NCBI GenBank assembly: GCA_030141605.1
Contig: JAQGDQ010000077.1
Location: 186,001-250,000, forward strand
Direction of reading: 5' to 3'
DNA: 64,000 bases
Origin: Tubiluchus corallicola
Taxonomy: Eukaryota; Animalia; Priapulida
The first letter of the stretch is position 1. The number at the start of each line of letters is the position of its first letter. Positions 1 through 12,350 of the stretch are shown here, piece by piece. The notes under the pieces are model-generated. The model searched no databases. It worked only from the letters and a program-made list of their open reading frames with translations, and had not been told where the DNA came from. The translations under genes were made by a program, and so were the position numbers.

Positions 1-719
1 TAATGAGTTGTATTCGTGCAATGATAGCTCTTTATTTATCCCTGTCAGTAAAACGTTCACATTATAATGGATATGAAAGTAAATAAGAGGCGCCTGTTTG
101 CACACGGTAAAGAGAAACCGTAGATTAACCAAATCTGGGAATATCGTGAAATTGTTGGGTAATAACGGGAAGCAAGAAACGTGGTGTGTTTTCCACAAGA
201 ATTTTTTGATTTTTGCTGTCCGATATAGTTTGCTCAAATGCTCTTGTCTTGGAAGTTGAAAGGTGCTGCTTTGCTTCGGTGTACATTAGAAATGCTGAAG
301 ATATTGACATCCTGGAGCAGCAAGTTTAAATCACGATAAAAACCACGTGTTTTGGTTGAAAAAGGGAAAATGGGAAAGAAAAAAGAAAAGAAGAGAGAAG
401 AGAAGTAAAAGAGACAAAAGGATTGAAATTGGAAGGAGCGGAAAGAGAAAAGTAGAAAATTAAAATGAAGGGGACAAGAAAAGAGAACAAATGAGAACAA
501 AGTAGGAATGAATTCAGACTAGCTATATGTGTTATTTTTATACACGTTGGCCGCATTGCGAGACAGAATCCTTCATTTAATTGCAGGGTCTACTCAGACT
601 AGTGGTGTGTCTGTATGAGCTTATGATCATTTCATACAAATAGACTTAGTTTGTGTACACAAGTTGTAATAATGTTTAATAAAAACGAAGTATAGTTATT
701 CGTTTATCCGATGAATAGG

Positions 720-1340
720 CTACATTTATTTATTTTTATTTAATTTCACATACATTAAAAATATACATTAAAAAATAAACTACCAAACAATAAAAACATG
801 AATGTCTGGAGGGACGTAAAGAGACTAGCTGCTTACATACGCCTATCGAACACGATCCATTTATCAAAATTCAAAAACTTTAATCTAGTTTTGAAAAAGT
901 TTAGAATTGCCTGCAGTGACTAAAGGTGCATCATTTACCGAAATGGCTAAGGAATTCCACACTTGAACAACATGGTTGGAGAAAAAAACCCAAACTTTTT
1001 TATTCGTTCTACGAACATACAGTTTGAGACTAAGGCTACTTTTTGTCCTATCAGTGAGTACTCCTGTAAAAAAATTCAGGATCTAAATCAACATACCTAT
1101 TAATTATTTTGTAACACATGACAAATCGCTTTGTAATCGTCTCTCCCCTTAACGATCTAAAATGAAGTTTTTCTGGTAGGTTTCATGTATAAGTTCTGAG
1201 TTACATCTATAAAATAATCGCATTGTAAAATATCTTTATGCATTTTCAACAATATCTACATCCTCATGTAATGACGAGCGATATACGGGAGCAATATTCA
1301 ACTATAGGCTTCAGTTAAACTTTAAATGCTTTAAGGAGAA
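720..1340 (-). mobile_element. Degenerate CR1-group LINE, 3' end
   Basis: Minus-strand frameshifted peptides PIVEYCS, HEDVDIVENA*RYFTMR, VMCYKIINRYVDLDP, FFSNHVVQVWNSL in the order typical of CR1 ORF2 C-termini; AAAT-like tail near 720-745. Confidence 0.85.
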
Positions 1341-2721
1341 CATTCCTATTTTTAGCACATACCTGAATTTTTTTATAATGTACCTTATTAACTTCTCACA
1401 TAAGTGAACATAAATCATTGAATTATATTGGTTAACGTGACCGCTTCTATAGAATTCTACAGACATTCTAGTCAATATTACAGTAAATTATAGGCTATTT
1501 TGATTATTTCGTCTACAAAGATTGCTTCCACCTTAAGAGTTGACAATACCGATAAACGGTAAATACGGCTGCGGCAACGGTAGTGGAATCACGTTTTTAT
1601 AAATAACAGGCAGCAACAACATCAACTAAAAATTTACTCGGTAAATCGTTGTTGATTAATTTTTGCCGGTTATTTGTAATCGTGTCCGATTTACCGTAGT
1701 TGGTACGAAAATTAAAAGCAAACTTATTTCGCTTTAACTTCAACGCCGTCGACCAGGTTGTGGTTTTCGTCATCAGTTTAGTGGTTTTTGCTGTTTAAAT
1801 AGCAATCATAATCTCACACGCAGGTTGGCTGACTCAGGGTATGTAATAGTCGTAAGAACTTTACAATAGCCATCAACAATTATCACAGCGGCGCCATGTT
1901 ACTGATGCAAAGCGATCAGAATGCAAGCTGAACGTTTCACGTAAGGTAATGAAGCCACTGCAGGTGAACTAATAAAATCACTGCAAGCGACACTCGAGAT
2001 GAAACTATTAAATGAAGCTGTGGGAATGGGACGTACGTGGACGTCATGACGTCACTGAACTGTAATACAAATATGAGGAGTGAACAGTCGGACGATATTA
2101 ATGACATACTTAATAATTTATAGCTGGGACTGAGAGGTTGAGGACCTTGTTAGGTCAGCGGAAAAACCCACTTTTTTGTGTGTTTTTCATTTCAGACATT
2201 ACTAGAAGAAAAATACTAGGAACTTGTACAGGAAATAGCTATAACACAAGGAATTTAATGCAAGCGAGTACATTGGGGGTACGACAAGTTAATGTTTTCA
2301 GTAATAAAAGCTGTAGTAACAGCTCTGTTATTAATTATTTACAATCTGTATTGTAGTATTATCAATTAATGACTGTTCTACATTTTAAATTAAATACAGA
2401 ATTAGTCTAACTAGTTATTAACTATTTTGATGTGAATAAAGTAAAACTTGAAAATGCTGAATAGATTGGTGAGTTATTCGGTTTAAATTGTCTTGATCGC
2501 AAGGTGCTGTGTGAAAGTGATCTAAGGTGTTAGACTTATTCAAAAAAGGTCTAAGGTGTTGGTCCTTAAAACTGTATGTTCAAAACATCATTATAACTTA
2601 TAGTACAATCTTTTTTTATGAAAGAGATCAAATGGACAGACAGCGTTTCCTATTAAAATCACACTTGTAAGGATTAGCATTTGGCGATCACATTTTAATA
2701 TTCATGCAAACATCTGGGTAA

Positions 2722-2872
2722 TTGTTGTTGTTGTTGTTGCTGCTGCTGTTGCTGTTGTTGTTGTTGTTGCTTCCGCTGCTGTCGACGCTGATGCGGCTGT
2801 TGTTGTTACTGTTGTCATCGTCATTGTTGTTGTTGGTGTTGCTGCTGCTGTTGCTATTACAGCAGTTGTTGT
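2722..2872. repeat. (TTG/CTG)n imperfect trinucleotide microsatellite
   Basis: visible directly; explains ORF 2702..2890. Confidence 0.9.
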
Positions 2873-3377
2873 TAAACGTTTAAAATTCAATTACTATTGC
2901 CAAACCTAAAGTGCTGACGTGGTTGTGTCGAAAAACTGGCATTCCTTTTCTTTGTTGCTTATTGATCTGCGTAAGTAGACAGAACCTTCTGATGTTATGA
3001 AGCAGAATCAGGCAGTTTATGCATTTATTTCGTCGTTGAAATAAAACAAACTGAAAGAAGTTTTACGTCGAGTCTGCACGAATACATTTAGCTAGTCAAA
3101 GAATTCAATGAAAATAATAACGTTCGACGGAAGAGAATAATTTTTTCTTATATGGTTGTGAATGGGCAGTTTCCCCCTCTTTTCGAAGTAGTCGATGTTG
3201 ATTTTGCGGTTTTTACGACTTTGCAAATGTTTATAATATTTTCTTATACGCATTGGTTTTGATCTTGTTGTCTTGGAGTTGTAACGTCTTTGCTGTCGCT
3301 CTGAGGCCCTTCGCGTTGCATAAGTATTTCAATTTGACGACGTCGTGATTGGCGAACAGCAACTGATATGTTGAATA

Positions 3378-3495
3378 TCGTCGTCATCCTCAATTTCGTC
3401 ATCGTCGTCGTGCCGTTGTCATCGTCATCGTCATCATCACCATCGCTATTATCACAATCATCATCATCATCACCAGCACAATCGTCATCATCTGC
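3378..3495. repeat. (CAT/CGT)n imperfect microsatellite
   Basis: visible directly; explains the poly-Asp ORF 3244..3498. Confidence 0.85.
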
Positions 3496-4313
3496 CAAGA
3501 ATTTAATTTAATGTGATTCAATTCGCATTCAGTCATTACACTGGCGAGGAATGCATGTAATTGTCAGCAACAGTAATTGGAGAAGTTGTAGCAGATGCGG
3601 CGACTGGTCGTTTGTTTGGAACCCATATGCGCCATCCCGTCTCTATCAAACATTCTTTTTTACTGCTGGGCTATTTTCATCTTTTTTTTATTGAAAATAA
3701 TCTATTTTCAGAAGAAGTAGCTGAACCGAAATATGATGTTTGTTGTACAGTATAACGGATGCACATGCTTGTACATCATCTCTGACTAAACCATTCTTGG
3801 TTCTGTTCTCCCAGCTTCTCTCTCTATTTTAAAGAATGATTCAATCAATTTTACTTGAGTTAGTATTTAGCGTGGCAGTAGAACAAACTCACTGACAACA
3901 AACTGCTCTCACTCTGACATGCTAAGATGACAGGCTTGTCAATAATCCACACTGAATGCGAGAGGAGTTAAAGTATTTGCATTAGGCGCTGATGTTCTCA
4001 ATTAAGAAACGTTTCAAAATAATTGTAAGTGAATGCCAGCATGTTTTCAAGGTGTTTCCATATTTCAAAGAGTTAGAAATGCAAATTAATAGCAGGCGAC
4101 TAATGTGCTTATATAAGAACATGCTCCAAAAGCTATTATAAGAGGGTAAACGATAGATGAACTTGCTTTTGTTTGTTTTGTTAATGGTAGTGTTTGTTTT
4201 CCAATTTTTATAGTTTTTTGATCACCCGTGAACTGTGCATTATGATTGTAAACCCATGATAAATAAGTTCCTTACAGAAATCACGTAAAAACTGCGAGTG
4301 AAGAAAGTAGCTG

Positions 4314-4319
4314 GAGAGA

Positions 4320-4362
<43 letters not shown>
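4314..4362. repeat. (GA)n microsatellite
   Basis: visible directly. Confidence 0.95.
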
Positions 4363-4365
<3 letters not shown>

Positions 4366-4707
4366 GTGGAAAAGAGAAAAGCAAGGCTTAGTATAAAACC
4401 CGAGCTTATTAAAACATTGATCAGGCTTTCCGCAGGTGATTAGTTCAGCTTGGTATTGATGTATCGTGCAGGTTTCGGGATCTCACGGTTGATTAATTAC
4501 ATTGGCTAAGTCACCGTTCTCATTTTTCTCATTACAACACGCAAAATCTCGTTTTAGTTATTAAACTAAAAGTAAACATATGTTTCATTTTTGCCTGCTT
4601 TCGAATTTACTTTTTTTTCTTCTAGTGCATTAATTAATGGCAAACTCGTAATTACTCTCGTTCCTATATGTTTGAACCAATGGGTCTCAGAATATTAGGT
4701 CACATTG

Positions 4708-5988
4708 GTAAACACCTCCCCCCGCCGTTTTTAATCGCCATCTAATAATTTTTTCACAATCATACTTTTTATTGTAGTAATTGTTAAAACAATATATGAA
4801 ACTAAAGATATTTTTATTTGCAATACAACCAAAATATTTATTTCAATAGATTATACAACTGGCACTTGTTGTGACATTAGAGCATGTTGTTGTAAAATGC
4901 AAAACGCTTTATGCTTAAAAACCAACCAAAAAAGAGTGCAGAGCAAAATCCTCATATCACAAAATTTCCATTTCGATTTTAATGTCCACTTTGTCCTATT
5001 TCATTTGCTGCACATGCGTGAGTGAAGTGCATTCATTCTCATCCTGTTCTTCTTAATTTAGAGTCCCTCCTCTGATTACAATAGTATCCGCTAGAGATGT
5101 ATTTTGTTTATCTGCTTCTTTTTTACGAAATTTCTTTTACGTTTGTTTTTTTCTCTGGCAGTTTGAATTTTGTTCTGAGTTAAGTAATAAGTTTACTGCT
5201 GGCAAGACATAAAACACGTAGTTTCAGAACAATATGCCATATATCAAATCAGCTGAACCATGTTTGTTTTTTAGTTTGCTTAATTTCGTTTCATTGCTAG
5301 CGTGGAGTTTAGCAACTGTGCAGTTACAGATAAAAAAGCGTGCCTGATGTCACCGAGTCTCAACCAAAACGACATGGTCGAAATGTATAGGCATTTTTTA
5401 TGATATTGTCTTTTCTGAACTATCTGAACCAGTTGCAGCAGAGAATCATCTGCACAATAGGAAAACTAAAAAAGTGAAACAGTCACAGTTTCATGCTCAG
5501 TTTTAAGACAGAAATACGTACAAATATAAAAGAAATTGCGGAAAAAAAAGACAAATAGACAAAATAGTAACTATATTTCTCTGTAATAGTGGGTCTTTGT
5601 AATGACTAATGATCAGAGGAGGGACTACAAATTAAAAAGAACGGGACGGGAAGAAATGCACTTCACACATGCACGTATACTAAATGAAATAGGACAAAGG
5701 GGACATCAAAACTGAAATCCAAATTTTATACTAAGTGGATTTTCTTATCTTTTTTCTTTTGGTTGGTTTTTAGACATAAAGCATTTTTGACATTTCCAAC
5801 AACATGTTCCGATACCGCAACAAGTGTCAGTTGTATATTTTATTGAAATAAATATTTTTCGTTGTATTGCAAATAAAATGAACTTTAGTTTCATAAACTG
5901 CTTTAACAATTATTACAATAAAAATATGTATAAGGGTGGAAAAATAGGCACCTATTAGATGGCAATTAAAAACCTGAAGGGTGTTTAA
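4708..5988. mobile_element. Foldback/MITE-like element with ~370-bp diverged inverted arms
   Basis: 4708-5085 is the diverged reverse complement of ~5605-5988 (e.g. tttgcaatacaac/gttgtattgcaaa, agtccctcctctgat/atcagaggagggact, tttgtcctatttcattt/aaatgaaataggacaaa). Confidence 0.8.
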
Positions 5989-8754
5989 GAAAACCAACTT
6001 GTTTTCTAAATTTCTTTACAAGGTTTGCACGCTTTGCATCTTTGCCTGATAATCTACTCTATAGATATTCAAATTTTATCGTTATAACCCTTTAAGTAAT
6101 TGCTATTTTATGTAAATGAAGAAATTAAGTCCTTGAATATTCTGTGAGTCTATTTCATAAGGTTTTTCGTTGACGTCATCGATTGCAGTATATGCGCGTG
6201 AAACCTTTAATAAATAGCTTGTAGTGAACAGATCATAATAATTTGCCGCAGAGTAATTAATATTATTTGCACGTACACGCGAAACTTTGACAGACTAACA
6301 CCATAGTTTAATTAATGTAAATGTAGCTTCACGGACGCCGTTACGTCATTAGGAACTTATGAAGCTTTAGACATAAATATTACACAAACGATTGTCAACA
6401 TCGTCACAGCTTACAAGGTAAAATAAAGTATTAAATAAAGTGTACATATGTTGAGAAACTTAGAAAGGAAACAGGTTCGTCGTGTTTCAGTTGTAGATTT
6501 TTTTAAACGTCATCTCCTAACTTAGGAAAAAATATTATGCCTGTCAAACACGTTATTTGTTTATGTGATGACTTACTTTATTGGTTAGTCCGGCAGTTTT
6601 AGAAAGTAAAATTCACAATACGCTTTACTTAAATGTCGAAATAACAATTAAAATACACCGGATGATGATGATCTTTATTATTATACAAATAGCACAACGA
6701 ACCTCTATTTGCAGGCAAAAATGAATACACACCATATGAACTCTATGCAACATATATGAATGTATGAAACCTAATGAATACATACAACAAAATGTAGCGC
6801 TAACAAAAGCTGAGTAAAATTATATCCTCATTAAATTTTAAAATTGCTTTAACTACACAAAATTTAAGGCAATCAGAAGTTAATTAATATTTTCGTGTTA
6901 AATTACGTTACAGTCCTTAATGTTAATATTAGTTACCGAGCCTATGCAGAATAAATTCATCACTTGCAAAATTTACAAAACAGTTGAGCAATGAATAATT
7001 TCTATACAGATAAACATCATTTATAGAACCATTTGTGTTTGTAAAATACACAAAAATTCGCCCAAAATATTCCTGAAGAAAAAGTTATATCGCCATTATC
7101 TGTCCTACTGCACAGATAATTGTGCAGCTTTTTGAAGTGCCCTGCATTCATTCTGCAATGCTTCTCACGGGCAAGAATAAAGTGTCTTTAATGTGAAGGA
7201 GTTCCGTAGAGAATTGAACGAAACTACTGCTGTTTTGCCAGAAAATCAGCCCGAGAATAAAGAATTTTGCAGGAAGCGCAATAAAATCAGAAATCAGCTA
7301 AATGAGCGAAACAACACACACGGGAGAAAAGATTTTGCTATTTCTCGTCGTGCTGCGTTATAAATTATTTTGCTCAAATCGGGCAAAATGTCTTTAGAAC
7401 GTGTGCGATATTCAGCGAGGGTGAAATTCAAAATTAAGCATTGCTCGACCTGTATATGCGTTATTTGGATGGCTGACCAACTCGGATGTTCGTAGTTCGT
7501 AAGGCTAGTTTTAAACGAGGGCATATTAGGTAACATGATAAATTCACAGTATAAATTTTTTTGGGCTGCTTGGAGTGTGACGAAGAGTATAATAGTACTG
7601 AAGCATAGTATCTGCAGGAAAAAATAGTGGGATGCAAAAAAGAGTGATTTTTCTGACGTTTAAGCAGTGGAGGTGATCAGCGCTAATGTGCAGTGACATT
7701 AAGCCATGAAGAACGAGACAGTGTTACAGTTTTAAAACAGAACAGCAATGTTCATGCAGCTTAGCTTCAATAAGTCACGTGTAATACAGTTCGATAAGCT
7801 TCAAGGTTTTACATCAGACTTCGATAGTTTGAAACCTGCAAATGACCTTTCAAAAATTAAAATGACAGTTTTATTCTCATTTATTTTTGCTTAATCACTT
7901 ATGTTACTCACTAATATAAAACAAATCGGATATACGTATGGTAAAGCTGAAATCCAAGACGAATAAATGCTAAATTAGAAAGTTTGGAGAATTTTGCCAT
8001 TCCACTGGGTCTCGAACACAAAAAACCCACTGTTAACCATTACACCCAGAGGTGCTTATGACCTTGATCCTTAGAATCACAGTCCATTGATAGCACACAC
8101 TGTATTAAGACGCAGCACGAAATCAATCGTATAAATGCAAGAAAGGGCTACTAAATTAGAGGGTCTTGAAATTTATCACCTTCACTTTGACTCGAACCAA
8201 GAACAATGTGTAAAAGCTTTCATTGTTATTATTACCTAGCATGGGCAATTAAAATATTTACAGCTGCGGAATAAGCTACTCCAAAGCCTCGTAGCAAATC
8301 CTAACAGCTATACAGTTTTTACAGTAAGATGTTTTCATTACGCAATATTTGCTCGACCACTGTGCAGTAATAAATATAATTTAGCTGGCAACACTGCGTA
8401 ATCAGACAGCGTCTAGGTGATTACGTCCTTAAACTAGTGTAAACCACATTTTATTCTGCGTTCAGTCTTTGATACAGGACGGCATAATCGATACAGCGAT
8501 CTATCGGCCGCCGCTTTAAGATCAATACGAAATTCACTACTTCCCATTTCTAAAGATGGCTAAGTACAAAGCAGATTTGGTTCTATAAAAACAGACCAGA
8601 AATTAAATAGGTGGAAGATTTGTGAAAAAGCCTAATCTTCTTGGTGCCTTTCTTCTGGGCAAAAATCTTCTGTTTTTTTCTAAGCTAAGATTAGCTTGCA
8701 AATCGTGGATAGACCAAAGGAGGGTCTTCGGGGGAGAACGTTAAATAATACGCA

Positions 8755-9000
8755 GCGTGAATGAAAAAAATTGCATAATCGAACGAAATATAAACGAATG
8801 AATAAACAAATAAACGAGAGAAAGAAGGGTCGGATGTAAAAAAGAACGAAGAACAAATGAGTGAATGAATGAAAAAATAAACAATGGACAAGTAATGAGC
8901 GCTGGAGTGAAGACAAAAGGAGATGAACCATTGCCTGAATGCGTAAAGAGTAAATTAATGAATGTGTAAATGAATAAATAAAGAACGAATAGATGAATGA
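8755..9000. repeat. GAAT/AAAT-rich low-complexity tract
   Basis: degenerate tetranucleotide repeat. Confidence 0.7.
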
Positions 9001-12000
9001 AACTGGACTTCCTAAACCTGGCTCTGAATATTATAAACCAAGCAAACTCTTTTATTAGCTCTCAATGTACATGTATTATAGTTTAGACTGGCGTGCATGG
9101 CTTCATCACGTGACTTGCAGTAATTACCTTGCTCGACCTGCGTCACATGTTTGATTTATTGTGACTCTGATGACTGACTAAACATAGCAGGAGGAAGGGA
9201 AAAGGAAGGGAATTCATGGGGCCCATGTGTCGCAGATACGTTCTCTTTATGTGGCAGAAATAATGTGATTTTGCCACGGGCCTATTAAAGAACGCCACTT
9301 TTGTAAATATATGAAGGAAATGTTCATTGCTTCGTTTTCTTGATACGACTGATTTTTCTACTGAACTGAAGCGCAAACTGAGGATTTAACAATCCAACGT
9401 AATATTAATTATGCTTTTCTGATTACTCATATATCCAAACGAAGTGTCTCGATCTTGTGTAATGTTTATTTTACAGCAGCCGAGAAAGTAAACAACGTTT
9501 AAGCGGGTTTTACACATGATTCGCAAAACAAATATTTTTTACGCACGAGAAATGGGAGTAACAGTTGTATACGTTAATTGTTTGATAGCGATATAGATCT
9601 TTTGTATTTCAGAGAAAACTTCAGCTTCTTTGCCCAAAGCAGTGAAGGAAATTCTATAGCTCGTTGGAAAGAGGAAGAATTGGTGTACAAAGGAACAAAA
9701 TTTGTTAATTTTCCAGTATGACACATAAGTACATGTATACGAAAAATTGCGTTAATGTGCAGAACTCTATAGGCAATCATTGGAATTATACACACATCAT
9801 GTCGCTACCAAGTTCTTTTTATCAGGAAATATATCAACCACTAATTATTACAGAAAAGTCAATCCAGTAAAAATCTTGCAGCAAATTATCTCTGGTGAGA
9901 ACTCAAAAGATGTTTTTATAAAGCAAGATGTAGTCTGTCAATCCAGCTGTAGCTGTCAACTAGCATTGCGAGCCGACAGCAATTATTTTGCGAACGCATT
10001 GACGCCGTTGGTTGATTCATGATTGAATTTCACATTAAATTCAGTGTGAACAAGTGAGTGACATTTAGAATAAAACCGCCCGGTTGAATAGACCCTGAAG
10101 ACTTGATGTGTGTTTTGAAAAGTACTTTGCGTGTTTTAGAAGGGTTAACCCAGGAAAAATTGCAATTAATAGCGGGTGAAAAACATGTGTGCATATTACG
10201 ATTAAAAGTGGACTAGCGACACTTCCTTGTGACACATCTGACAAATAACAGCAGACATTTCAAAGTTTTAAAATTATAGGCTGAAAACACAATGTTGACG
10301 GGCATGAACGGCAACTTTTTACTTTATTGCTGCGTTTTCTGTTCAAATAAGAAGGGAAAAATGAAAACACAGAGTCACTAAATAATATTTTTTGGAATTG
10401 AGCACAGAAGGCTCAGTTTAGAAAAACACAAGAAGCACAAAATGGCACCGATAACGCAGCACTAAGAACACCAGGTGTGTTATGTGTTTTATGTAGCAGA
10501 GAACTGCAAGTTCCAACGCATAAGATCCTGTATTGTAATCAAAATTTAGGTGACTTGTTTGTGGTGTATCTCAAAGCATCTCCCAAATACGGTGGGGTTA
10601 CAGCAAAAAGTAAAAGTGCGAATCTATAGAATTCGTGTAAACTAATTTGTTAATGGTAGATAGTATCTGTTAACGATCGTACTGAAGTAAAATTGATAAA
10701 AAGTTAATAAAACACAATATATAATTATTATATTATATACAATATTATTATACAATATATACGATTAGGATGCAGAAAGTTGTAATTTATTTTCTATAAT
10801 TGTAATGTTACAACGTGTAATTTTTAGCGTGTAATATGTACTTAGTTAAATATTGTTTACTTTAAGTTTAATAACTGCATGAACCATTTTGGAATCATTG
10901 TATTACATACAATTTTAACGGATCCATGTAAAAATAAATTCTTATCTATCGATCTATCTATCTATCCAAATTTGCCTTAACCAAGCCAGTCTCTCTCTAA
11001 ATAGATCATATGTCAAGAAATTACACGAGCCAGTAGTAATCAGTACGAAGTTTTTTATCTGTTCCCGTTAAACGTACATCTATCTTTACTGCACGCTGGA
11101 CATTAAAATAATATAAATCTAGCCACAATTTAGCAGTCATGCGTCATTTCTTGCCACAGACGGCTTTCAGTTTAATATAAGAATGGCTTTAGTGTTGTGT
11201 TATATGAGCTGTGCTATGTAAGCTGTCTGTCAAGATTAAGATTGATATTTTCATACTCAAAGGAACTGACGCTCTTCGTTTGATTACATCTCGCTCAGTT
11301 TTTAGAGACATGCGCGGATAGATAGTGTAAAGAAATTGTTTGCTTTGTTGTAGTATACTAAGGTCACAAGTTAAATTCTATAGAAGATTAGGGTTTCCTT
11401 TGTTGCACTAGGGCAACGCAATATGACCATCGGTAAATCGTTGCCCTATCTTGAGCTCCAACTGACAAATGGGAAAAGCATTCTGATTAATTTTTGATTG
11501 AAGGCACATATAATAAGTCCATAAGTCAATAAATATGGTTCACTATTACTTTTCAATTCATTTGCTAAATTATTTAATTCTAAAATTTAAACACAGTAAT
11601 TTGTTGGTTGGCATTTATGTTATCGTATTATATGGTTCCCCAAAAACGAATGCATTGCAACGATTATTTAATTCTTGTTGTTATTTGCAGTCTTATACAT
11701 GTCTCTAAACACAATGACGCGTATAGTGCATAATTTTGACACATGTAGCTTTATTTCAGGTGTTTAGATAATTTTTGTTTTGCGTATCTTTATAGAGCGT
11801 GTAACAGAGTAACAATGTAGATTAGAAAATATATAGAACACTTCACCACGGCATGCTTACAGGAAAGTTTTGTTCTGGTTCTGGTTCTGGTTCTGATTCT
11901 GTTTTCTATACTAATTTGTTTCAACGTTAACTTCACTGTTTGTTAACTAATTCAATAAGTATGCTGTTTATTTGCTGTTCTGTTAGATATTTTACTAGCA

Positions 12001-12078
12001 GATACCATTGTATTTTTCTAACTTTGCATTTTTTTATTATTTGCTTTCCACGAAGCTCTGAAATATTAATTTTTTCAG

Positions 12079-12174
12079 GCTTACAGCTGGATAAAGAAGA
12101 TTTGGTGTACGATGGAAGAGTCAGCGAAAACGGGAGAACAGTTGACGTTACACCGGAAATAAAAACAAAACCAA
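12079..12174 (+). CDS. CLSTN1: calsyntenin exon (start of cadherin repeat 1)
   Basis: ttttcag acceptor; LQLDKEDLVYDGRVSENGRTVDVTPEIKTKP (cf. YHGxVxEN); GTATAT is the nearby donor that gives the required phase 1. Confidence 0.8.
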
Positions 12175-12257
12175 GTATATGTTTCTATGAATACAATTTT
12201 GTAAAATTAAATGAGTGGGCAAGAACAGGAGTGAGGGTAAAAGCGAGTATGTGTGTG

Positions 12258-12289
<32 letters not shown>

Positions 12290-12303
12290 TGCGTGTGTGT
12301 GTG

Positions 12304-12350
<47 letters not shown>

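Noticed and set aside
2702-3498. Poly-Thr/Ala and poly-Asp ORFs (also 18879-19127)
   Set aside because: Trinucleotide microsatellites without splice or homology support
7960-8205. Two diverged copies with minus-strand GTTCGA B-box-like motifs as tRNAs
   Set aside because: No cloverleaf can be built; at most decayed SINE heads
11690-11759. Phase-compatible ATG exon (MSLNTMTRIVHNFDTCSFIS) as calsyntenin exon 1
   Set aside because: No hydrophobic signal peptide and a weak donor
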